A stretch of 64,000 nt of DNA from Chiloscyllium plagiosum (taxonomy: Eukaryota), in assembly GCF_004010195.1 (NCBI RefSeq), contig NC_057749.1, positions 11,884,839 to 11,948,838 of the forward strand, in the 5' to 3' direction. Within the stretch, counting starts at the first letter, position 1. Every line of letters begins with the position of its first letter. Below, piece by piece: positions 37,054 to 49,558 of this stretch. A model generated the notes under the pieces. It had not been told where the DNA came from. It saw only the letters and a program-made list of their open reading frames with translations, and searched no databases. Position numbers and translations under genes: made by a program.

Positions 37054-38809
37054 CACTATAGAGGGGGCAAGTGCAGGATGGTGTCAAACTGTTCACCTGG
37101 AGATAGATTGGGAGGGCAAGTACCAAGCTGGGCTGCTTAAAAGGCCCATCTCATTCCTCTGGGACACTGCCAGTTTCCTTTAAAGTTAGGCCTTCAAGCC
37201 CTCATCCTTCATTCTCACTCCCGCTCCCCCAATACCCCTTCCATGCCTCTCATGCTAATTGATGCTACCATCACTCATGCCCAAAGGCCCTCATAGCCTC
37301 CATGACAACTACACCAACCTCACAGTACTTTTAGAAACCATAATCCATGCCAACCAACCTATCACTCTTTATGCTTACAACATTCATGCCAATTCTTCCA
37401 GTATCCACCATGGGCAAACATCAAGAGGCATTTTAGGTGAAATAAAGTAAGTTTCTTAATGTATGAATAATGCCCTTCCCCTACCAGCAAAAATTGATCA
37501 GAAAGAGGGGCGGGATATCCAAATCAAGTCTTGCCTGCTATTTTTAAAAGGTCTGTGGAATATCAGAGACTCCATGAACATCAAAGCCAAAAGGATATCG
37601 GGAAGGCTGCGTGTCCAAAAAGATGAAATTAAAGGAGACCTGAAGACAGGTGACAAAGGGTTAGGTGAGGTGAAGAAAAAAGAAATAAAGAAAAATATGT
37701 GGGAACAGAAGAGTTGGAATCATTTCTGGGACAACAGCCAAAATTCATATTTGAGAGGTCACAGGGAAATTTCAAGTTACATAGGACTGGTAGTATAGCA
37801 ATTTAGGATATACAAACAAGTGACAATAAACAGGGAATGGATAGTAGACAACAGGACAAAGTCCAGAGCTAAGTCAGATGGCACAGATCTCATCGGAAAC
37901 TTTTCAGAGGGTTTATTTATTGGACCAAGGTTCACAACAGCCTGGTTAAATGTCAGAGATTTTACAGGAATAGTAATGGAAGCAATAGCTAGGGAGCAGC
38001 TCACCATGAACACTGTATGCCCATAACACAAAACTGAATTAGAATCAATCACAGTTTAATTAAACATTGTTCACATACAGGAGAGAGGTGGCTTAAAAAT
38101 GTTAAAGAATTCAGTCATAATAAATCCAACATTTTTATTCTAGTTTTTAAGTTACTGACTAAAACCATGGAAAACAGTGTAGTTTTAAGTGACAATAAGA
38201 GTTAAAATATGAAAATGATAAGTACTTTGAGTCACTCTGCACATTGCAGCAAATTACCCACAAATTTGACAACAATAAATTCACTGTATAAACAGAAACA
38301 AACTCAGCATGTCTACTACCAGACAGCAAGATCCAGTAGCTGAAGTAGCTGAAACTGACAAAAGTTACTATTGAGTCTAAACAGTTACAGCACATTGTTA
38401 GTTCACTCTCAGCGCCTGCAGCACTGGAATTAAGATTTCTGAAAGTATTTTTGAAATAAATCGAGATAAAAGGAAACAAAATTAAAAACAGCTTTAGTAG
38501 TTTAACTTACATCCTGAAATAAGGAATCAATAGGAAAAGTAATTCAACATTTTTCTTTATTCTTTCATTGGATGTGGGTGTCACTGGCAAGGCCAACATG
38601 TGTTGTCCATTTCTAACTGCCCTTGAATAACCATTTCAAAGGGCATTGAAGAGTCAATCCCTGTTTGCAAGAAAAAAATTTTTTTCTGAATTTCCTTCAT
38701 TCAAATCCTGTTCATCATCAAATCACACATTGATCAGATTGTTTAGTAATTCTGTTTTAATTAATTGAAGTTGAATTCATTCAAGATCAGATGTTTCCCA
38801 GATCTTTGT

Positions 38810-41800
38810 GGGAGTCTAGGAGCCAGGAACCCCTGGCTGAAATATTTGCATCATCAGTAGCCATGGGTGAGGTGCCGGAAGAGTGCCATTGGCTAATGTA
38901 GTGCCATTTTTTTTGAGAAAAGCTGGAAGGAAGAAACAGAGAATACAGACCAGTGAGCCTTACATCAGTGGTGGGTAAGTTGTTGGAAGGGATGCATTTG
39001 GAAAGGCAAGGACTGATTAGAGCTAGTTAGCATACCTTTTTGTGTGGGAAAAATTGTGTCTCACTGACTTGATTTGGTTTTTTGAAGACGTGACAAAGAA
39101 GATATCAAAATGACAGGCAGGTGGGCAGAGGAGGTGGGGTTGCCTTGTTAGTAAAAACTGAAATTAAACCAATAACAATAAATTAATAGGGTCAGATGAT
39201 GTAGAATCTGTGTGCGGAGAGTTGAGGAACCGCAAAGGAAAAACAAAGGGGAAATCTACAGGCTTCTAAACAATATTCAAGATTTGGGGCATTAGATACA
39301 TCAGGAAATAAGAAAGGCAAAGTTACAGTGATCATGGGGGATTTCAATATGTAGGTGGACTGGGAAAATTAGTTTGGTAGTGGATCGCAAGAAATGGAAT
39401 TTGTGGAATGTCGGAGATGGCTTTTTGGAGCAGCTTGTGGTGGAGCCCACTACGGAAGGCAATACTGGAATTAGTGTTGAGCAATGAGGCAGATTTGATA
39501 AGGAAGCTTAAGATGAAGGAACTCTTAGGAGGCAGTGACCATAATTTGATAGAATTTACTCTGCAATTTGAGAGGGAGAAGATGGAATCAGACGCAATGG
39601 TATTACAGCTGAATAAAGGCAACTACAGAGGCATGAGGGAGAAGCTGGGTAGAATTGACTGAAAGAGGACCTCAGCAGGAAAGACAGTGGAACAGCAATG
39701 GCAGGAGTTTCTGAGAGTAATTCAGGAGACACAGCAGAGATTCATCCCAAGGGAAAAGAAGCATGGTACATGGCTGACTAGGGAAGTCAGGAATAGCATA
39801 AAAGCAAAAGAGAAAGCATATAATGTGGCAAAGGGCAGTTGGTAACCAAAAATTGAGAAGGGCTTTAGAGGGTTACAAGGTAGCCAGGGAGGAACTGGAG
39901 AATACACTTAGGAGAGCTAGAAGGAGGCATGAAAAAGCATGCGTGAAGAACAAGAGAATGGCAGGAGGGAGGGTAGGGCTGATCAGGGATAGTGGAGGGA
40001 ACTTGTGTCTGGAGTCGGAGGAGGTAGGGCAGGTCCTTAACGAGTACTTTGTTTCAGTATTCACTATTGAGAGGGACCTTGAAGTTTGTGAGGACAGCAT
40101 GAAACAGGCTGATAAGCTAGAACTGGATGATGTTAAGATGGAACATGTGCTGAAAATTTTGAAAAACATAAGGATACATTGCTCCCCTTGATCTGACAGG
40201 ATACACCCAAAGTTACTACAGGAAGTGAGGGAAGAGATTGCTGCACCTTTGGCAATGATCTTTGCATCCTCACTGTCCATCAGTGAAGTGCCAGATGATT
40301 GGATGGTGGCAAATGTTATTCCTTTGTTCAAGAAAGAGAACAGGGATAATCCTGGGAATTACAAACTAGTCAGTCTTATGTCTGTGGTGGGCAAATTATT
40401 GGAGAAGATTCTGAGAGACATAATTTATGATTAGTTGGAAAACCATAATTTGATTAAAAATAGTCAGCGTGGCTTTGAGAGGGGCAAGTCATGTCTCACA
40501 AGCCTTATTGAATTCTTTGAGGAGATGACAAAACATATTGATGAAGGCCGAGCAGTGGATATGTTGTACATGGATTTTAGCGAGGCATTTGATAAGGTTC
40601 ACCATGGTAGGCTCATTCAGAAAGTAAGGAACATGGGATACAGAGAAATTTGTTATCTGGGTACAGAATTGGCTGACCCATATAAGACAGAGGATGGTAG
40701 TAGATGGAGAGTATTCAGCCTGGAGCTCAGTGACCAGTGGTGTTCTGCAGGGATCTGTTCTGGGACCTCTGCTCTTTGTAATTTTTACAAATGTCTTGGA
40801 TGAGGAAGTGGAAGGTGGGTTAGTAATTTTGCCGATGACATGAAGGTTGGAGGAATGGTAGATAGTGTGGAGGGCTGTTGTAAGTTGCAACAGCATATTG
40901 ACAGGATGCAGACTGGGCTGATAAGTGGCAGATGGTGATCAACCTGGAAAAGTGTGAAGTGATTCATTTTGAAAGGTCGAATTTGAATACTGAATGCAGG
41001 GTTAAAGGCATGTGGAGGAACAGAGGGATCTTGGAGTCCAGATCCATAGACCCATCATAAGTTGCCACCAAGTAGATAAGGTTGTTAAGAAGATGTATGG
41101 TGCTTTGGCTTTCAGTAGCAGGGGGATTGAGTTGAAGAGCGGCGAGGTTATACTGCAGCTCTATAGACCCCTGGTTAAACCACACTTGGAATATTGTGTT
41201 CAGTTCTGGTTGCGTCAGGATATGGAAGCTTTAGAGAGGGTGCAGAGGAAATTTACCAGAATGCTGCCTGGACTGGAGCGCATGTCTTATGGAGAAAGGT
41301 TGAGGGAGCTAGGGCTTTTTTCAGTGGAACGAAGAAGGATTAGAGATGTACAAGATGATGAGAGGCATAGATGGAGTGAACAGTGAGAGACTTTTTTCCA
41401 AGGCAGAAATGGCAATCACAAGGGGCATAATTTTAAGGTGATTGGAGGAAGGTTTAGAGGAGATGCAGAGGTAGGTTCTTTGCACAGAGAGTGGTGGGTG
41501 CATGGAATGCACTGCCAGTGGTGGCAGTACAGTCAGATACTTTGGGGACATTTAAGCGACTCTCAGATAGCCACATGAATAATAGTAAATTGAAGGGTAT
41601 GTAGGTTGGTTTGATCTTGGAGTAGGATAAAAGGTCAGCACAACATTGAGGGCTGAAAGGCCTGTACTGTGCTGTACTGTTCTATGTTCTGTGAATGTTG
41701 CCAAAGAGACCTAGGGGTGCAGGTGCAGAGTTCGTTGAAGGTGGAGTCGCAGGTACACAGAGTGATAAAGAAAGCGATTCGTATGCTTGCCTTCATTGGT

Positions 41801-42365
41801 CATAACATTGAGTATAGAAGTTGGGATGTCATGCTGCAAATATACAGGACATTAGGATAGCCACTTTTGGAATACTGTGTACAATTCCAGTCGCTCTTCT
41901 ATATGAAGGGCGTTGTTAAACTTCAGAGATACAGAAAAGATTTGCAAGGAGAGTTTGAGCAATAGGGAGATGCTAAATATGCTGGGGTTTTTTTCCGTGG
42001 AGCTTCAGAGACTGAAGGATGACCTTATAGAGGTTTATAAAATCATGAGGGACAAGGATAGGGTAAATAGCCAAGGTTTTTTTCTAGGGTGGAGGAGTCC
42101 AAAACTAGAGGACTTAGGTTAAAGATGAGAGGGAAAGATTATAAAAGGACCTGAGGGGACCTTTCAAGGAGAGGGTGGTGCGTGCATGGAATGAGTTGGC
42201 AAAGGAAGTGGTAGAGGCTGGTACAATTACAACATTTAAAAGGCATCTAGATGGGAATAAAAATAGGAAGGATTGAGAGGAAAATGGGCCAAATGCTAGC
42301 AAATGGGACTAGGCCAGACTGGGATGTCTGATTGTGCAGAAGGGTCTGTTCCTGAGCGACATGAC
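38810..42365 (+). mobile_element. Mosaic of CR1 LINE fragments (endonuclease to 3' tail)
   Basis: [70 protein letters not shown] tail; frameshifted. Confidence 0.9.
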
Positions 42366-42816
42366 TTTATAATTCTTGTGAGTTTAAAGACAGTTTTCGT
42401 TAGTAGAAAAGATCTTATGTAATTTCTCACATCAAATAGACAACACATACTCATCACCTTGGATGAATTTACAGTGTGACTGAGCTGGAGAATGCAGGAA
42501 CATTTCTGGCACTTCCACAATTTAGTGCTGTTTATATTAAGGCATTCTGCTTGATTGGCACCCCATCCACCAGGTCAAACATACACTCCCTCCACCACCA
42601 GTGCATCGGAGAAACAGTGTGTACATCTCCAAGATGCAAAGCAGCAACTTGCCAAGGTTCATCTTCCAGCACAGAATCTCAACCACTGAGAAAGACAAAG
42701 GCAACAGAAGCATGGGACACCACCACCTGCAATTTCAGCTTCAAGTCACCTTTCACTCTAACCTGGGAAATATTACCATTCCTTCAACCTTGACCATTGC
42801 TTGACCAACACTCAGG

Positions 42817-43034
42817 AACTTTATTGCTGGAACAGCACAGCAGGTCAGGCAGCATCCAGGGAACAGGAGATTCGACGTTTCGGGCACAGGCCCTCCTTCC
42901 TGAAGAAGGGCCTGTGCCCGAAACGTCGAATCTTCTGTTCCCTGGATGCTGCCTGACCTGCTGTGCTGTTCCAGCAATAAAGTTTCAACTTTGATCTCCA
43001 GCATCTGCAGACCTCACTTTCTCCTCGAAGATTT
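42817..43034 (+). mobile_element. Family A palindromic hammerhead element, best-preserved copy, 15-bp TSD
   Basis: Arms 42817-42894 and 42907-42984, nearly perfect. TSD CAACACTCAGGAACT at 42806-42820 and 43035-43049. Confidence 0.85.
42897..42930 (+). ncRNA. Minimal type I hammerhead ribozyme motif, intact core
   Basis: TTC-CTGAAGA-A-GGGC-CTGT-GCCC-GAA-ACGT-C/GAA: CUGANGA core, 4-bp stem II, palindromic ACGU stem III, GUC cleavage triplet, stem I TTC/GAA. Confidence 0.8.
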
Positions 43035-43070
43035 CAACACTCAGGAACTCCTTCCCTAAGAGCACATGAA

Positions 43071-46000
43071 TTAGACAATAGACAATAGGTGCAGGAGTAA
43101 GCCATTCTGCCCTTCGAGCCTGCACCACCGTTCCATATGATCATGGCTGATCATCCTTAATCAGTATCCTGTTCCTGCCTTATCTCCATAACCCTTGATT
43201 CCCCACTATCCTTGACAGCTCTATCCAACTCTTTCTTAAATGAATCCAGAGACTGGACCTCCACTGCCCTCTGGGGCAGAGCATTCCACACAGTCACCAC
43301 TCTCTGGGTGAAGAGGTTTCTCCTCATCTCTGTCCTAAATGGTCTACCCTGTATTTTTAAGCTGTGTCCTCTGGTTCGGCACTCACCCATCAGCAGAAAC
43401 ATGTTTCCTGCCTCCACAGTGTCGAATCCTTTAATAATCTTATATGTCTCAAACAGATCCCCTCTCAGTCTTCTAAACTCAAGGGTATACAAGCCCAATC
43501 GCTCCAGTCTTTCAATGTAAGGTAATCCCCCCATCCCAGGAATTGACCTCGTGAACCTACGCTGCACTCCCTCAATAGCCAGAATGTCTTTCCTCAAATT
43601 TGGAGTTCAGAACTGCACACAGTACTCCAGGTGTGGTCTCAGCAGGGCCCTGTACAGCTGCAGAAGAATTTGCTTCTATACTCAATCCGTCTTGTTATGA
43701 AGGCCAGCATACTATTAGCCTTCTTCATTACCTGCTGTACCTGCATGCTTACCTTCATTGACTGGTGTACAAGAACACCCAGATCTCTCTGTACTGCCCC
43801 TTTACCTAAATTGATTCCATTTAGGTAGTAATCTGCCTTCCTGTTCTTGTCACCAAAGTGAATAACCATACATTTATCCACATTAAACTGCATCTGCCAT
43901 GCATCTGACCACTCACCTAACTTGTCCAGGTCACCCTGTAATCTCCTAACATCCTCATCACATTTCACCCACCTTTGTATCATCAGCAAATTTGCTAATG
44001 TTATTACTAATACCACCTTCAATATCATTAACATATATTGTAAAAAGCAGCGGTCCCAGCACGGATCCCTGCGGTACCCCACTGGTCACTGCCTGCCATT
44101 CCGAAATGGAGCCGTTTATCACTACCCTTTGTTTCCTATCAGCCAACCAATTTTCAATCCAATCCAGTACTTTGCCCCCAATACCATGCNNNNNNNNNNN
44201 NNNNNNNNNNNNNNNNNNNNNNNNNNNNNNNNNNNNNNNNNNNNNNNNNNNNNNNNNNNNNNNNNNNNNNNNNNNNNNNNNNNNNNNNNNNNNNNNNNNN
44301 NNNNNNNNNNNNNNNNNNNNNNNNNNNNNNNNNNNNNNNNNNNNNNNNNNNNNNNNNNNNNNNNNNNNNNNNNNNNNNNNNNNNNNNNNNNNNNNNNNNN
44401 NNNNNNNNNNNNNNNNNNNNNNNNNNNNNNNNNNNNNNNNNNNNNNNNNNNNNNNNNNNNNNNNNNNNNNNNNNNNNNNNNNNNNNNNNNNNNNNNNNNN
44501 NNNNNNNNNNNNNNNNNNNNNNNNNNNNNNNNNNNNNNNNNNNNNNNNNNNNNNNNNNNNNNNNNNNNNNNNNNNNNNNNNNNNNNNNNNNNNNNNNNNN
44601 NNNNNNNNNNNNNNNNNNNNNNNNNNNNNNNNNNNNNNNNNNNNNNNNNNNNNNNNNNNNNNNNNNNNNNNNNNNNNNNNNNNNNNNNNNNNNNNNNNNN
44701 NNNNNNNNNNNNNNNNNNNNNNNNNNNNNNNNNNNNNNNNNNNNNNNNNNNNNNNNNNNNNNNNNNNNNNNNNNNNNNNNNNNNNNNNNNNNNNNNNNNN
44801 NNNNNNNNNNNNNNNNNNNNNNNNNNNNNNNNNNNNNNNNNNNNNNNNNNNNNNNNNNNNNNNNNNNNNNNNNNNNNNNNNNNNNNNNNNNNNNNNNNNN
44901 NNNNNNNNNNNNNNNNNNNNNNNNNNNNNNNNNNNNNNNNNNNNNNNNNNNNNNNNNNNNNNNNNNNNNNNNNNNNNNNNNNNNNNNNNNNNNNNNNNNN
45001 NNNNNNNNNNNNNNNNNNNNNNNNNNNNNNNNNNNNNNNNNNNNNNNNNNNNNNNNNNNNNNNNNNNNNNNNNNNNNNNNNNNNNNNNNNNNNNNNNNNN
45101 NNNNNNNNNNNNNNNNNNNNTACACAGAAATATCTGTCATTGTTCCTCCACTGTCATCCCTGCTAAGGTATTGCACCATTGAACTTTGGCCAGCTCCTCC
45201 CTCATAGCTCTATAGTTCCCTTTATTCAACAGAAATATTGTCACTTCTGATTGTACCCTCTCCCTCTCAAATTGCAGATAGAAGCTTATTGTATTATGGT
45301 CACTACTTCCCAATGGCTCCTTCACTTCAAGGTCCCTGACCAATTCTGGTTCGTTGCACAATACCAGATCCAGAATTGCCTTCTCCCTGGTCGGCTCCAG
45401 CACCAGCTGTTGTAAGAATCCATCTCTGAGGCACTCCACAAAGTTTCTTTCTTGAGGTCGAATACCATCCTGATTCTCCCAGTCTACCTGCATGTTGAAA
45501 TCCCCCATAACAACTGTTGTAACATCTTTGCGACAGGCCAATTTCAGCTCCTGATTTAACTTACATCCGACATCCAGACTACTGTTTGGGGGCCTGTAGA
45601 TAACTCCCAAGAGGGTCTTTTTACCCTTCTTATTTCTCAGCTCTATCCACACTGACTCTACATCCCTTGATTCTCGGTCCCCCCGCGCAAGGGACTGAAT
45701 ATCATCCTTTACCAACATGGCCACCCCACCTCCTCTGCCCGTCAGTCTGTCCTTACGATAGCACGTGTAGCCTTGAATATTTATTTCCCAGGCCCTGTCC
45801 ACTTGAAGCCACGTCTCAGTTATCCCCACAATATCGTATCTGCCAATTTCCAAAAGAGCTCATCCATCTTATTCCAAATGCTTCGTGCATTCATGTATAG
45901 TATTTTTAATTTGTTACTGCCCTCACCCTTCCCATCAACTCCTATTTCACTCAACCTTACAGCATGATCCCTTTCTGAGTTTTCTGCCTCATTGATTCAG

Positions 46001-46078
46001 TTGTCTTTCTTGACTTCCCTTGTTCTAACTTTCTCTCCAATTTCCTTCTTAAACATCCAGTTTGTCCCCTCCCCCCAA
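43071..46078 (-). mobile_element. Relatively young CR1 LINE (most of ORF2), spanning an assembly gap
   Basis: Endonuclease ORF 45137-45853 (YDIVGITETWL, VIYRPP, MGDFN, SDHN); [14 protein letters not shown]...KFADD; C-terminal ORF 43157-43597; stop and frameshifts present. Confidence 0.93.
44190..45120. other. Assembly gap (931 N)
   Basis: Run of n characters. Confidence 0.99.
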
Positions 46079-46461
46079 TTTGATAGAATGGTTCAATTTT
46101 CTTAAGGGAAATGAGGAATGGGCAATAAATGATGGTCTTGCAGCTTTATCCAACTCCTGTGACTTTTTCTTAATTCATTGAATGGGCTCACAGAACAATG
46201 GTCACTTAAGAAACACAGGTAATAGGAGCAAGAATGGGTCTCCTGGCTCCTTAAGCCAGCTCTACTAGGGCAGAACTATCAGAAAATTTCTGGTGGCCCT
46301 GTATCTTTCCCAGACTGAGGTTAAGATCTTTAGGGAAGAAAGAAGAGAAATCTGTGGAAAAAAGAAATTAAAGATGCCTCAAATATGTGATGAAGATGGC
46401 GGATTAAAATTCATCTGATAACAACCAGGATTTTGGGTAAAGGGAGGCTGTGGGAGATCCT

Positions 46462-47785
46462 TTAGCAAAAGGTCTCGGTGGATTTTTTCTTTGGTCCTGG
46501 TGCTCGGCTGCTGCCTGTTCGCCGGGGCTCTCTGTACACCTGGCGGGGCTCACCATATGCCTGGCGCAAATCTTTTGTGCTGAATGCTTGTTTTGGTTTG
46601 TTGAAGCTTTCTCCCATCATGGGCACTGTTTTCCTGCAATGTCCATGAAGACTCTTTGACCTCGAGGTGGTGAATCTATCTGGTGTGACTGTTAGAAAGT
46701 TCTTAGACTTTGAAACTGTCCTTAGTAGCTCTCCTCTAGAGATACAGGGATCCAAGACATAGCTGGAAGTGTCAGTGTCCTCCTCTGTATCTGTCAGCTC
46801 TTGTTTTTGTTCTGCCAGTGTCTCAGGAGAGGATGGTAATGTTTGGGGAGTGGCTTCTTCGACCATTACTTGTTCTTCAGGCAGATTTTTATAAAACTTA
46901 TGGTCACACTGAGTGACCCATTCTGAAGTCTTTGTAGAAGAGGGTTTGACAGTACGTACATGATCTATAATATAGTCATTGTCTGAACTCTGGATTTCTT
47001 CTTGACCAGATACCCTACCTTCTAACCCAATGACAACGCTTCGAGACTTTACCACTGTGGTCTGGCATGCACTATAAGTCTGTGAAGAAAAATAATTAGC
47101 TGTTTTGGCCTTCTCCAAGGGAAACGAGAAACGAGTTTCCAATTTTGTTCGTCCTACTGATCCAGCTTTTGTTACTAATTTTCCATTAAGCCCAGCTTCT
47201 GCTGTATGCAGGAACTTTTGGTAATTAGCTTCCTCTTTTGTGTTCAGTGGGTTCAGACAATCATCAGATGAGGAAACAAAGATATCGACACATGAGTTGA
47301 AATTCCTGGGGTCCTGTGTAATTCCCAGCCTCAGGCTTTTCTCCCTCATTTTACGGGAGCTGGAGGATTGGTGGAACCCAAACCGGTGTTTTGGTGTCAT
47401 GCTCACTTTCTGTTCTACAAGTTCTTTTTCATCTCTCGGAGTAATAGCAGAATAACTCTTCCTGTGAGATCCCATTGAAGGAGACATTAGACCCATGCTG
47501 TCTTCAAAGTTAGTGTCATCTCCATCCATATTGAAACGATACATGCTGGTTGCCTCGGTACTGTTTTGTCTGATTAGGTAGGAGGCATCACATTCTGAAG
47601 GACACCTTGAACGAGTGTGAGTTAGCTCAGCCTTATCAATACCAGCCAGAACTTCCATTGCATTGACCATGCGGCCAGAGAATTCCTCCAATTGGGCCAA
47701 TCGAATGTCAACAGTTTGGAGTGACGCTTTCATGAAATGTTCTCTTTCATTCACCTCCTCCAAGCGCATTGCCATATTCTCCACT
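46462..47785 (-). CDS. TRPM1: TRPM1 last coding exon (coiled coil and long C-terminal tail)
   Basis: Acceptor tttcAG; (R)VENMAMRLEEVNEREHFMKASLQTVDIRLAQLEE...RSKSLHGH...STETFC*; 1324 nt open. Confidence 0.93.
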
Positions 47786-48050
47786 CTGAAACAGAAAAAT
47801 AATTATCACATCAATGAGATCCAGTTTCTGAATGAAGTGCATAACTGCAATTTTACTCTAGCAAGATTACTTTAGATTCTAGAAATCTGAAATTAAAACA
47901 GAAAATGCTCTAAATTCTGAGCAGTTCAGGCAACATCTGCAGAGAGAAACTCAAATTTAATTAACTTGAATTTTAAATCAGGGTCAGGAAGCTGGTGCCT
48001 GAATTATCTCTAACTCTCAATTTAGTGCTACATCTGAACACTCTTCTAAC

Positions 48051-48265
48051 ATGATTTGGAGATGCCGGTGTTGGACTGGGGTATACAAAGTTAAAAATCA
48101 CACAACACCAGGTTATAGTCCAACAGGTTTAATTGGAAGCACACTAGCTTTCGGAGCGTCGCTCCTTCATCCACTACCACTTGATGAAGGAGCGTCGCTC
48201 CGAAAGCTAGTGTGCTTCCAATTAAACCTGTTGGACTATAACCTGGTGTTGCGTGATTTTTAACT
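48051..48265. mobile_element. Family B palindromic hammerhead element in last TRPM1 intron
   Basis: Arms 48089-48171 and 48183-48265. CAC-TTGATGA-A-GGAGC-GTC-GCTCC-GAA-AGCT-A/GTG. TSD ACTCTTCTAAC at 48040-48050 and 48263-48273. Confidence 0.82.
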
Positions 48266-48489
48266 CTTCTAACTTGATTTCGAAATTCAAATATCCTAAT
48301 TGTCTGGTGCTCAGCACCCAAACACTGAGTGTATTTAAGAGGGAAGAAGTGTCTGCAGAACACAAACAGCAAAGGCAGATGGGAACCCTGATGGAGCCTG
48401 CCGATGCATTGCGAAAGAACTCAGGAGAGGTTTTTAAAATCTCCAGCACAGGCACAAACAGGACACAGTGTATAAGATATAATCGAGGT

Positions 48490-48760
48490 AACAATAAAGG
48501 CAACTACAGAAGCATGAGGGAGGGACTGGGTAGAATTGTCTGGAAGAGGAGCCTAGCAGGAAAGACAGTGGAACAGCAATGGCAGGAGTTTCTGGGAGTA
48601 ATTCAGGAGACACAGCAGAGATTCATCCAGAGGAAATAGAAGCATGGTACAGGGAGGATGGCTGACTAGGGAAGTCAGGGATAGCATAAAAGCAAAAGAG
48701 AAAGCATATAATGTGGCGAAGGGCAGTGGGAAACCAGAGGATAGGGAAGCTTATAAAGAT
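48490..48760 (+). mobile_element. CR1 internal fragment, near copy of 39612-39850
   Basis: NKGNYRSMREGLGRIVWKRSLAGKTVEQQWQEFL. Confidence 0.8.
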
Positions 48761-49230
48761 ATTTGCAAGTTTGGTGCAAGTGTATTCACTTTCCTCTAAG
48801 TCATTAATATATCAGGAAACTTTAGTTGCATGTAACAAGTATGAGACAATAATCCTGGATAAATCTAGGTAACATGAACGTTATAGAGGACAAATTCCTG
48901 AAATGTGATGGTTTTCTAGAACAGTATGTTGAGGAACTAATGAGAGAATGGTCTATTATAGGTCAGTTTTATATCATTAGAAAGGGCTAATTATTAACCT
49001 TATTGTATATTTTCTTTACAGTACCTGCAGATTAGAAGACAGAAAATATAGCCCTACTATTTTCAAAAATAAGATTAGAGAAAATTATTGGACTGAAGTC
49101 AGTAGGGAAAATGTTAGAATCTATGATAGATGACACAATAAGTGGATATTTAGAAAATAATGATAGAACTGCACAAAGTCAACATGGATTTATGAAAGGG
49201 AAATCACATTTGATAAATCTATCAGAATTT

Positions 49231-49558
49231 GGGCGGCACGGTGGCACAATGGTTAGCACTGCTACCTCACAGCGCCAGAGACCTGGATTCAAATCCCACC
49301 TTAGGCAACTCTCTGTGTGGAGTTTGCACATTCTCCCCATGTCTGTGTGGGTTTCCTCTGGGTGCTCCGGTTTTCTCCCACAGTCTAAAGATGTGCAGGT
49401 CAGGTGAATTGGCCATGCTAAATTGCCCGTAGTGTTAGGTGAAGGGGTAAATGTAGGGGAATGGGTCTGGGTGGGTTGCTCTTCGGAGGGTCGGTGTGGG
49501 CTTGTTCGGCCGAAGGGCCTGTTTCCACACTGTAAGTAATCTATTCTAATCTAATCTA
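49231..49558 (+). mobile_element. V-SINE (HE1-like), full length, inside old CR1
   Basis: GGGCGGCACGGTGGC head, V-domain, (AATCT)n tail. Confidence 0.9.

Noticed and set aside
43922..45182. Long ORFs of 341-414 aa in the ORF track
   Set aside because: Artefacts of translating the 931-nt N gap.
43071..46078. Possibly intact, active CR1
   Set aside because: Stop after ...TVEEQ at 45137-45139, RT split over several frames, and no ORF1 seen.
34010..48265. Hairpins as pre-miRNAs or DNA-transposon MITEs
   Set aside because: They are multi-copy, asymmetric (one arm extends further), have variable 11-16 bp TSDs and carry ribozyme cores, which fits retroelement inversions better.
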